Notes under the pieces: model-generated
Database searches by the model: none
Told to the model about the DNA's origin: nothing
What the model saw: only the letters and a program-made list of their open reading frames with translations
Program-made: the position numbers and the translations under genes
In this document: positions 1-6,751 of the stretch, piece by piece
How positions within the stretch are numbered: the first letter of the stretch is position 1
Layout of the letters: the number at the start of each line of letters is the position of its first letter
IMG/VR virus record: IMGVR_UViG_3300024251_000023
Coordinates: 1-37,097 of that record
Reading direction: 5' to 3' (one strand)
Origin: a virus
Taxonomy: Duplodnaviria; Caudoviricetes
DNA length: 37,097 nucleotides

Positions 1-126
1 TGTGTTTGTCGTTGATTCATTGACTACGTTGAACATTGCCGAAGATGACTATAATGGTCAAAAAGAACTTACGGAGAAGCTTCGAGACTTTAAGCTGCAA
101 TATAACTGCCACATCCACTTAGTAGC
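1..126 (+). repeat. Terminal direct repeat, copy 1 (probable assembly overlap)
   Basis: Identical to 36964-37089 (tgtgtttgtc...cttagtagc). Confidence 0.97.
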
Positions 127-496
127 TCATCCCAGAAAGCCACGTGATGAGTCGGAAGTTCCGGGCAAGTATGATATACGAGGTGGAGGCGCAGTCAGTG
201 ACCTTGCTGACAATTGTTTTGCGGTATGGCGCAACAAAGCCAAAGAGGAGATAGTCAGGAGACAGTCTCGCGGTGATTATTTGACGCCAGACGAGTATGA
301 AGTTTTGAAAGAACATGATTCGTTCTTGAAATGTGATAAGAATCGACACGGACGCGGCAAATTCAAGGAAGGCATTGTAGGCTTTTGGTTTCATGAACCA
401 TCAGGCCAGTACTTGGAGCGCGAAGGGTTACGACCTCAACCTTACATCGAGTACTCATGTCTAAGAAACGAAGCGATGGAGCCTGCAAAGCCCTAA
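2..496 (+). CDS. C-terminal part of primase-helicase (continues from 35600 across the junction)
   Basis: SF4 helicase motifs VVDSL (Walker B), HLVAHPRK, DIRGGGAVSDLADN, KNRHG; 36965-35600 = 1365 nt, so in frame. Confidence 0.93.
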   Translation: MFVVDSLTTLNIAEDDYNGQKELTEKLRDFKLQYNCHIHLVAHPRKPRDESEVPGKYDIRGGGAVSDLADNCFAVWRNKAKEEIVRRQSRGDYLTPDEYEVLKEHDSFLKCDKNRHGRGKFKEGIVGFWFHEPSGQYLEREGLRPQPYIEYSCLRNEAMEPAKP

Positions 497-909
497 TCAA
501 AAGCCTGGCAAGGAAGCTAGGCGTTGAAGCGCGCCTTATCACAACCAGGTTGTTGAGCGAAGATGATAAAAATGATTTGCGTAATGGTGATTTACCTACT
601 TCATCGCTTGAATGTCATATTCAAGCCTGGATAGCAAAAGGTTGTCCAGATTATGCTCATGGCAATACAGAGCCGTTAGAAACGGTTCCACCTGTTGCGG
701 ATGTTGCGCCAGTTGCGGCTAAAAGAGAGACAAAAAAAAGACTAGTGACACCTGCGCCACTAGTCCCACCTAAACCACACAATACATGGGAGTTCAGAAA
801 GCCGTTTATGCGACTTGAAGAAAGTCCTGAATCTGCTGCGTTAGTAGAACCGCATCACGATGAGCAAAGCGCTTCCAACGAACCTTCCCCCACATCAACG
901 TCACAATAA
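457..909 (+). CDS. Hypothetical protein with Pro-rich low-complexity C-terminus
   Basis: 150-aa ORF overlapping the helicase end, same strand. Confidence 0.6.
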   Translation: MSKKRSDGACKALIKSLARKLGVEARLITTRLLSEDDKNDLRNGDLPTSSLECHIQAWIAKGCPDYAHGNTEPLETVPPVADVAPVAAKRETKKRLVTPAPLVPPKPHNTWEFRKPFMRLEESPESAALVEPHHDEQSASNEPSPTSTSQ

Positions 910-1021
910 CTTTATTACCTATTGTGGTGATTCCTACCGAGCACTTCTTGTGCTTTTCAATAAATGCCCATAGCACAGGCATTATCTTGGCAACGTGTTC
1001 CATGTTATCCCCCTTGGCCAT
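806..1021 (-). CDS. Hypothetical protein, last gene of leftward small-gene operon (start may be ATG at 1003)
   Basis: AAGGGGG SD before MEHVAK; follows 982..1203. Confidence 0.6.
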   Translation of the reverse strand: MAKGDNMEHVAKIMPVLWAFIEKHKKCSVGITTIGNKVIVTLMWGKVRWKRFAHRDAVLLTQQIQDFLQVA

Positions 1022-1203
1022 CTTGAATTTTCCATCTCGTCAGTAGACAATATCTCCTGCAACGAGCGGTTAAAGTAGCTCTCTAAGTCCGCTATGAGAT
1101 GGAAGGCTTGGTTATTGGTTTGCGAAGCCCATTCACCCAAGTCTTCTATCCTTGCTTGTATTCTGCCAAGGAACAGCAGAATTTTTTCGTTTCTAGTCAT
1201 CAT
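982..1203 (-). CDS. Hypothetical protein
   Basis: GAGGTG SD directly upstream; operon context. Confidence 0.7.
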   Translation of the reverse strand: MMTRNEKILLFLGRIQARIEDLGEWASQTNNQAFHLIADLESYFNRSLQEILSTDEMENSRWPRGITWNTLPR

Positions 1204-1212
1204 ACACCTCTT

Positions 1213-1362
1213 TTAGTTAAACAACTCTTCGTCACGCCATGCCTCATACTCCTCGTCACAGGCTGCATAAAATCGATCATCACATTCATCACACAGGCCA
1301 CAGTGTCCGTGACATTCCATCTCGTCACCATGCCAACCATCCATCATGCCTTGGTAGCTCAT
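1213..1362 (-). CDS. 49-aa acidic Cys/His-rich protein (not in ORF track): MSYQGMMDGWHGDEMECHGHCGLCDECDDRFYAACDEEYEAWRDEELFN
   Basis: Hand translation; AAGGAG SD; fills the gap between 1375..1569 and 982..1203. Confidence 0.8.
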   Translation of the reverse strand: MSYQGMMDGWHGDEMECHGHCGLCDECDDRFYAACDEEYEAWRDEELFN

Positions 1363-1374
1363 CTTATGTTCTCC

Positions 1375-1569
1375 TTAACATCCTTCTGTGGCCAGTAGAA
1401 TCTTTCTACAATTTGCTCTTAATTGCTGAATTTCTTCCCAATTAAGATTCCTTGAATATTTATCATCCCATCGTTCAACTGAAAAATCATAATCCCAGTA
1501 CTCACACGCATCACCTGCGAAATCACATCGGAACGTGTAATCAGTGTCAGTCAAATCTGCAAAGTTCAT
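1375..1569 (-). CDS. Small acidic hypothetical protein
   Basis: AGGAG SD; first gene after the leftward promoter. Confidence 0.75.
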   Translation of the reverse strand: MNFADLTDTDYTFRCDFAGDACEYWDYDFSVERWDDKYSRNLNWEEIQQLRANCRKILLATEGC

Positions 1570-1615
1570 AACAACTCCTATCTATGTAAAATACTTTTAT
1601 CTATGTAACACTGCT

Positions 1616-1644
1616 ATTATGTCTAGTTGACTACGCAATGTCAA
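1616..1644 (-). promoter_or_regulatory. Sigma70 promoter for the leftward small-gene operon
   Basis: TTGACA-N17-CATAAT on the minus strand; overlaps TTGAC-N8-GTCAA inverted repeat (1627-1644). Confidence 0.75.
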
Positions 1645-1695
1645 GCGGTTTAGTCAAAGAAATATTAGACTAGATTTTATGTTTGTTTCGTAGTA

Positions 1696-1704
1696 TGTTA
1701 TAGT
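1696..1704 (+). promoter_or_regulatory. Extended -10 promoter for the rightward (TerS) operon
   Basis: TGtTATAGT about 30 nt before the ATG at 1733. Confidence 0.45.
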
Positions 1705-1732
1705 CATTGAAAAGTGCTAAGGATTAGCCATA

Positions 1733-1978
1733 ATGTTATGTCATAGATGCGGTGGAACAGGCGAATATTTGGGCATGGGATTTATGCCCACAGACTGCGA
1801 AATATGTAATAACTCATCTGATGAGTGTTTCAAGCCTGTTTCAGCACCGCCGCTTGAGAAGATTAACCGTAGAAGTAAAGAGTATTTAACGGCCATTAAA
1901 AATATAATGTCGTTAAACCCTAAAATGTCTCGCAATGATGCGATAAAATTATTTGATAAGACGTACGATAAAGTCTAA
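1733..1978 (+). CDS. Zn-finger protein (DnaJ-like CxxCxGxG)
   Basis: CHRCGGTG...CEIC; AAGGA SD. Confidence 0.75.
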   Translation: MLCHRCGGTGEYLGMGFMPTDCEICNNSSDECFKPVSAPPLEKINRRSKEYLTAIKNIMSLNPKMSRNDAIKLFDKTYDKV

Positions 1979-2002
1979 CAGGACGTTAGAGAGAGGTTTA
2001 GG

Positions 2003-2470
2003 ATGACCACTAAAAAAGGCAAAGGCGGACAGCCTACAAAATACACGCCACAATTGGCACAGCGCATTTGCGCATTGATTGCCACTCATCCAGATGGTTT
2101 ACCAACCATTATCAGGAATAATCCAGACTTACCTGATCGTCAAACGATCTACAACTGGCTTCAAGTACACAGAGAGTTCTTCGACAGTTACATGCGAGCG
2201 AAAGAACAACAAGCGCATTTATTAGCCGATGAAGTACTCGAAGTGGCCAAAGATGTACCAACTTATTCAGACAAAGATGGCAATGAGCGAATCGACAACG
2301 GTATGTTGGGACGGTCTAAATTGCAGATGGACGCATTGCGTTGGAGTGCTGGCGTATTAGCACCTAAGTTCTACAAAGAGAACAAGAAAGAAGAAAATAG
2401 CACCGAGCTTCATGAAGATGTTATGAAGCGTAAGTCTGCTTTGGATGAAAAGAACAAAAAGGATTATTGA
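2003..2470 (+). CDS. terS: Terminase small subunit (Sf6 gp1-like)
   Basis: GQPTKYTPQLAQRIC...PDRQTIYNWL...FFDSYMRAKE...ADEVLEVA...KLQMDALRW...LAPKFY pattern. Confidence 0.88.
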   Translation: MTTKKGKGGQPTKYTPQLAQRICALIATHPDGLPTIIRNNPDLPDRQTIYNWLQVHREFFDSYMRAKEQQAHLLADEVLEVAKDVPTYSDKDGNERIDNGMLGRSKLQMDALRWSAGVLAPKFYKENKKEENSTELHEDVMKRKSALDEKNKKDY

Positions 2471-2476
2471 AACAAA

Positions 2477-2905
2477 GGGAGCCGGCCTCTGCGCACCACC
2501 TCTTGGCGTAAGCACAAATCGCTCCCTACTTATTGATGCCTAAAGATATCAACTCCAAATTGATATCCAAAGACATCATGTAGCTGATCACCCAAGGCGG
2601 TGAAACAGTACTCGGGTTCCTTGCGGGGTTCCCAGCGAATCTTTATCTAGGCGCATAGGTAGAGTTGACAGCCGGAAAGACGGCATTTTATGGGCACGCA
2701 GTGAAAATCTGCACGGGGAAGTCGTAAAAGCGACAAAAGAGCATACAAATGACCAGGAAACCTGAATGCATGTGCCCTCCATCTCATCTACCCATGGTAG
2801 AAAGAGTTAAGCAACGGCTATGCCCGCGCTTCTTTAGTCTTTTACCTATCGGTAGGAGATGTATAGAGGCCATCACCGAGCCAGCGTAGCGAATCGGTGC
2901 TTTTG
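2477..2905 (+). ncRNA. Putative structured non-coding RNA region (several stacked hairpin/multibranch elements)
   Basis: GGGAGC/GCTCCC; GATATCAA/TTGATATC; TCACC/GGTGA; GCCG-GAAAGA-CGGC; GGGCAC/GTGCCC multibranch; CATCTC/GAGATG long hairpin; CACCGA/TCGGTG then TTTT; no credible ORF. Confidence 0.5.
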
Positions 2906-2919
2906 AAAAGGAAATTCAA

Positions 2920-3177
2920 ATGAGCATTGTACAAGAAGGCAAAGAAGTAGTTGCCGGCGACAGACAAGACGACTATGGGGATTTGAAACAATCATTTGAC
3001 CGCATTGCCGCATTTTGGTCAGCCTACACAGGCGTTAATCTTGATGCATTAGATGTAGCAAAAATGATGATTTTGCTTAAAGTATCTCGGGCAAAACTTA
3101 ACAACCATCGTGATAGCTATGTTGACATTGTAGGCTATGTTGAGTGCGCAGACCGCTTATTGGCTATGCAATCATGA
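2920..3177 (+). CDS. DUF6378-domain phage protein
   Basis: RQDDYG...FDRIAAFWSAY...DVAKMMILLKVSR...HRDSYVDIVGY. Confidence 0.8.
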   Translation: MSIVQEGKEVVAGDRQDDYGDLKQSFDRIAAFWSAYTGVNLDALDVAKMMILLKVSRAKLNNHRDSYVDIVGYVECADRLLAMQS

Positions 3178-3770
3178 CAGACTACAGAGTAACGGTCAAA
3201 GTCCAGAACAATAACATCTTAGGTCGAATCTACGAATCAGGTTACTCTTCCGTTTCCGACTTTTGTAGGCGAAACGAAAATATTTCACAGTCTGTGCTTG
3301 GTGAAATTATCAATATGAAGAGACCTGTGTTTACCAATAAAGGCGACTTCATTTATACCATTAAGCGTACAGCCAATGCGTTAGGTTGCCTTCCTGAAGA
3401 TTTATTCAGTGATGCGCAGCTTTATGCTGAGATTGAAACTAACGTCAAAACCTACGAAGTGTCCGAAGATGAGATGCGTTTTATGCTTGTGAATCAGCAA
3501 GACCAACGAACCCCAGAGCAGTTGGTTTATGAAGGCGAAATGAAAGATTTAGTTATGCAGGCGCTGGAGACTCTTACTCCACGTGAGAAGAAAGTTATCA
3601 CTTTGCGCATGGGCTTAGATGGCAAGAATGAATCAACCCTTGAAGAAACGGCTCAGATTTTAGGGGTCACAAGAGAGCGCATTAGGCAGATGGAAGCCAA
3701 GGCTTTACGAAAACTTCGTCACCCGACACGCGCAGAACCACTCAGAGACTTTTTAGAGGAGGCCGTATGA
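3174..3770 (+). CDS. XRE-type HTH fused to a sigma70 (RpoD) region-4 domain
   Basis: C-terminus LTPREKKVITLRMGL...TLEETAQILGVTRERIRQMEAKALRKLRHP; N-terminus SVSDFCRR..ISQSVLGEII...ANALGCLPEDLF; ATGA overlap with the upstream stop. Confidence 0.85.
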   Translation: MTDYRVTVKVQNNNILGRIYESGYSSVSDFCRRNENISQSVLGEIINMKRPVFTNKGDFIYTIKRTANALGCLPEDLFSDAQLYAEIETNVKTYEVSEDEMRFMLVNQQDQRTPEQLVYEGEMKDLVMQALETLTPREKKVITLRMGLDGKNESTLEETAQILGVTRERIRQMEAKALRKLRHPTRAEPLRDFLEEAV

Positions 3771-3997
3771 TTGATATTGTCATGGATTGGGCAGATGCAA
3801 AGATGTCCTATATAGCGAAAAAAATGCCCTCCTTGGTTCATACAGAGCCTTCAAGTTTTGCATGTGGCTTCAATATGGGGTATAAACAGGCGATTTTAGA
3901 TTTGGAAAACCACTTAGAGAATAAGGGACTATATGACAGACTTAACAAGCATCAGTGTGAGCAAGCTACAGAACGAGCAGAAACAAGAACTCTTTGA
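3767..3997 (+). CDS. Hypothetical protein
   Basis: GGAGG SD, ATGA overlap. Confidence 0.7.
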   Translation: MIDIVMDWADAKMSYIAKKMPSLVHTEPSSFACGFNMGYKQAILDLENHLENKGLYDRLNKHQCEQATERAETRTL

Positions 3998-4139
3998 GGC
4001 GATTAGGCACTTTAATAAGTACCGTGCGTTTGGAAACCTTGAAGGCTGTCTCCCTATTCCTGAATTAGCCGATAAAATCATTGAGGATATTATTAAGCTC
4101 TATGAGCACGTTTATGAAATAGGTGTAACGAATGACTAA
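3933..4139 (+). CDS. Hypothetical protein
   Basis: AAGGGA SD; tight packing. Confidence 0.65.
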   Translation: MTDLTSISVSKLQNEQKQELFEAIRHFNKYRAFGNLEGCLPIPELADKIIEDIIKLYEHVYEIGVTND

Positions 4140-4542
4140 CCAACCCTGGGAATGTACACGCTGCCACAAGATTAACGCCCCATGGCTTCCTTCATGTTTT
4201 TGTCCACCCAACGAGAAAAGTGATATTGAGCAAGTGCGTGACATTATCGGTGAGAAGTGGGTGTTAATGTTTACGGATAAAAAGGGTGAGGTCATCCAAG
4301 GCCTCATAAGTCATTATGATCGATTGCCTGAGGTCATTAAGAATGTGTTGGCAGCAGATGGGCGAAACATCGTTCTTGAAGACAGAACGCCATGGCGCAT
4401 TGAACAAGAAGTTCCTAATAAAAACACAGAGCATGTCAAGCAACACGGATATAACCCAATGTGGACTGCGCATTGCCCTATATGTCATGAAATGCTCAAT
4501 GGGTTAACCTCGCATAAATGTAATATATCATCGAAAGAATGA
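4132..4542 (+). CDS. Hypothetical protein with Cys-rich (Zn-binding-like) motifs at both ends
   Basis: WECTRCHKINAPWLPSCFC and CPICHE...HKC. Confidence 0.7.
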   Translation: MTNQPWECTRCHKINAPWLPSCFCPPNEKSDIEQVRDIIGEKWVLMFTDKKGEVIQGLISHYDRLPEVIKNVLAADGRNIVLEDRTPWRIEQEVPNKNTEHVKQHGYNPMWTAHCPICHEMLNGLTSHKCNISSKE

Positions 4543-4630
4543 TGTACGGTAGCTCAGTTTGGTAGAGCGTCAGCTTAGAGCCACGCCTGTTCGCGTGAGG
4601 TCGCAGGTTCGAGTCCTGCCCGTACAACCA
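4543..4630 (+). tRNA. tRNA-like gene/pseudo-tRNA with non-canonical anticodon arm (isotype undetermined)
   Basis: Acceptor TGTACGG/CCGTACA, discriminator A, CCA; D arm GCTC-AGTTTGGTA-GAGC; T arm GCAGG-TTCGAGT-CCTGC; 34 nt between D and T arms instead of ~23. Confidence 0.8.
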
Positions 4631-4774
4631 AACCCAGCCAGCCTAGGTAATGGCGGGAGGAATTGGCGCCTATTCCAGATTGAGTGCGTCCTCCGACAGT
4701 CGGGAGTACAAGGGATTGCGAGACGGTGAAAAGCCGTCACTTTGTCAACTTTAGTCTATTGGATTGTCAACTCT

Positions 4775-5050
4775 ATGCTAACTCGTGAAGACATCGACAA
4801 TGATGATGTGGTAGCTCTCCTTATTGGTAGTGATATCTACTTCGGTCAACTGGCACGCGACAAAGCAAAAGAACGCGGCACCGTCGATGGCATCATTAAG
4901 CGCTTTATCTTCAAGTTCATGGCCGAAATGGATTTAGACCCACGCTGGATAGATTACGCAAATAGCCCCACGCTCTTCACAATCACAGAATATAATCATT
5001 GGATAAAGGGGCAATCCAAAGAAAATTTGTCTGATAGCCCCTGTAACTAA
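4775..5050 (+). CDS. Hypothetical protein (start uncertain)
   Basis: Open frame 4742..5050; first ATG at 4775; no clear SD. Confidence 0.5.
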   Translation: MLTREDIDNDDVVALLIGSDIYFGQLARDKAKERGTVDGIIKRFIFKFMAEMDLDPRWIDYANSPTLFTITEYNHWIKGQSKENLSDSPCN

Positions 5051-5067
5051 AGTACACTTTAACGACC
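5042..5067. promoter_or_regulatory. Candidate serine-recombinase crossover (res/hix-like) site
   Basis: tGTaacTAAAGT-AC-ACTTTAacgACc: imperfect 12-2-12 inverted repeat upstream of the resolvase operon promoter. Confidence 0.45.
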
Positions 5068-5120
5068 ATATTGCTGACGTCAACGAAATGGTCTGTAATA
5101 AATTAATATAATGGCTTTAT

Positions 5121-5148
5121 TTGACAATGTCATCAAAAGCCCTATAAT
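5121..5148 (+). promoter_or_regulatory. Consensus sigma70 promoter
   Basis: TTGACA-N16-TATAAT; AT-rich upstream tract; TAGGAG SD at 5161. Confidence 0.8.
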
Positions 5149-5174
5149 TTATATAACAATTAGGAGACGCAGAT

Positions 5175-5399
5175 ATGAACCAAGAAGATGCCAAGCAAGA
5201 AAAGAATTACATGATGAACGAAGACCATGTCGCCACCGTCAAAGACCTGCGCATCATGGGGCTTGAGTTACGAATGGAGATTGAGCATAAGATTAATGGC
5301 ATTAACAGTAAAATAAACGGGATAACTGTTAAGCTTGGCACGCTTATTATTGGGTGCTCTAGTATTTTGTTTGGTCTTTTGTCGTACTTCCACAAATGA
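5175..5399 (+). CDS. Coiled-coil protein with C-terminal membrane anchor (DUF1640/CCDC90-like architecture)
   Basis: VATVKDLR..LELRMEI...TVKLG followed by hydrophobic TLIIGCSSILFGLLSYF. Confidence 0.7.
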   Translation: MNQEDAKQEKNYMMNEDHVATVKDLRIMGLELRMEIEHKINGINSKINGITVKLGTLIIGCSSILFGLLSYFHK

Positions 5400-5776
5400 A
5401 TGAGATGTCTTTGCGATATGGCCGTGATAAGGATATATGCTACTGGTTTTATTTATTCCAGGAGTATGAATCGCTTAATATTAAGCCTCAATATTTTAGA
5501 GAAGATTTTGATTTGCCAGAAAGGACTTTTTGGAACTGGCTTAGAGTGTATCGCTCTCCCAATCCAAGCCCGGCCACATACAAAAAATATAAAAGTTACT
5601 ACGATGAGTTTATAGAAAGTGGATTAACTATACGGGAGTTCACATTCAACAAGAAAATAAGAATGAGCACATTCGATCTCTGGCGAAGGCATTTTATGTT
5701 TCAGGAAAGGGTTGAGCAATTGCGTAATGATAATAAGCTTATTAAGCCAAAGAGCCTAAAGTATATTGAGAGGTAA
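5396..5776 (+). CDS. Protein with two tandem IS66 TnpA-like HTH units
   Basis: EYESLNIKPQYFREDFDLPERTFWNWLR and EFIESGLTIREFTFNKKIRMSTFDLWRR. Confidence 0.65.
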   Translation: MNEMSLRYGRDKDICYWFYLFQEYESLNIKPQYFREDFDLPERTFWNWLRVYRSPNPSPATYKKYKSYYDEFIESGLTIREFTFNKKIRMSTFDLWRRHFMFQERVEQLRNDNKLIKPKSLKYIER

Positions 5777-6343
5777 ATGAAGCATCAAGTTGTAGGCTAC
5801 ATCAGGGTATCATCACAAGGACAAAACACTGCTAGGCAGTTGGTGGATATAAAATTGGACAGGACGTTCACAGATATTATGACAGGAAGTATAAAATCAC
5901 GCCCTCAGCTTGAAGAATGTCTCAAGTACGTGCGTGAAGGTGATACTTTGGTCGTTGATAGCATTGACAGACTTGCCCGTAATTTGAGGGATTTGCAAGA
6001 TATTCTGCAAAGTCTGCTTGAAAAAGGTGTAATCGTGAAGTTTATTAAAGAGAATCTCACTTTTACTGCAAGTAATGATCATATGTCCACTTTAATGCTT
6101 CAAATGATGGGCGCCTTTGCTGAGTTTGAGCGTAATATGATACGTTCAAGGCAGAAAGAGGGGATTGAACAAGCAGTGCGTGCTGGCAAAAAGATGGGTC
6201 GGCCACCGGTGCTTAATGGAAAGCATAAAAAACAAGCCAAAGATTTACGAGAGCAAGGCATGAGCATAAGAAAAATCGCAATGACGATGGGTGTGTGCCG
6301 TGCTTCAATTTATAAGTTACTGGATTTAGTGCCGACACGATGA
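5777..6343 (+). CDS. Small serine recombinase (resolvase/invertase family)
   Basis: GYIRVSS catalytic Ser motif, RPQLEECL, GDTLVVDSIDRLAR, GAFAEFER, GRPP, C-terminal HTH. Confidence 0.96.
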   Translation: MKHQVVGYIRVSSQGQNTARQLVDIKLDRTFTDIMTGSIKSRPQLEECLKYVREGDTLVVDSIDRLARNLRDLQDILQSLLEKGVIVKFIKENLTFTASNDHMSTLMLQMMGAFAEFERNMIRSRQKEGIEQAVRAGKKMGRPPVLNGKHKKQAKDLREQGMSIRKIAMTMGVCRASIYKLLDLVPTR

Positions 6344-6612
6344 AGGACATAAACAAGATGCGGTTAGGCGTCTTGCGTGAGCTTAAAAACGTTCATAAGT
6401 TTCTGGACAACATGGAGCGTAGCGTCAAGACTCGTAACGCAGAAGCGGTGCAACGAGCTTACATGTTTTTGGTGCATTTAGTCAGGGAAATGAACGAAGG
6501 TTGTTTGACACCTGACAACATAGCCTTAGATGTTGCTCTTGCGCAAGAGTTACAACAAAGTTATGAAGGAGAAGGAAATGGTGAAGATTTATGTGAACGG
6601 CTTGGAGATTGA
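6340..6612 (+). CDS. Hypothetical protein
   Basis: ATGA overlap with the recombinase stop. Confidence 0.7.
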   Translation: MKDINKMRLGVLRELKNVHKFLDNMERSVKTRNAEAVQRAYMFLVHLVREMNEGCLTPDNIALDVALAQELQQSYEGEGNGEDLCERLGD

Positions 6613-6751
6613 AACTGAGCGTTATGTGGAAGAAGGCCCAGGGTGTACTATAAAAGATTTAAACGGAGTGATTGAACTCATGGACAGCAAAGAAACACCT
6701 GCCGAATTTTCAGATTTCTTTGTTAGAAATGAAGGGGATTTGTACGCATGA
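6578..6751 (+). CDS. Hypothetical protein
   Basis: Purine-rich AAGGAGAAGGA SD region; stop overlaps the next start. Confidence 0.6.
   Translation: MVKIYVNGLEIETERYVEEGPGCTIKDLNGVIELMDSKETPAEFSDFFVRNEGDLYA

Noticed and set aside
1099-1445. Plus-strand ORFs 1099..1398 and 1239..1445
   Set aside because: They overlap minus-strand genes that have strong SDs and a promoter
2584-2610. CTGATCA...GAAAC looks like a hammerhead ribozyme core
   Set aside because: CUGAUCA breaks the C3-G8 pair, stem II register does not fit, and I found no stems I/III
2874-2904. CACCGAG...TCGGTGCTTTT resembles the 3' hairpin of the SpCas9 tracrRNA/sgRNA
   Set aside because: Only a short terminator-like stem matches; the loop differs, and there is no anti-repeat, nexus or cas gene
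3174-3770. Annotation as a functional phage sigma factor
   Set aside because: No recognisable region 2; only region 4 is present
4631-4715. Theta/HDV-like ribozyme at the tRNA 3' end
   Set aside because: Could not build P1/P2/P3/P1.1 with a G at +1; CCA is already encoded
5396-5776. IS66 insertion sequence
   Set aside because: No TnpB/TnpC transposase, terminal inverted repeats or target duplication seen
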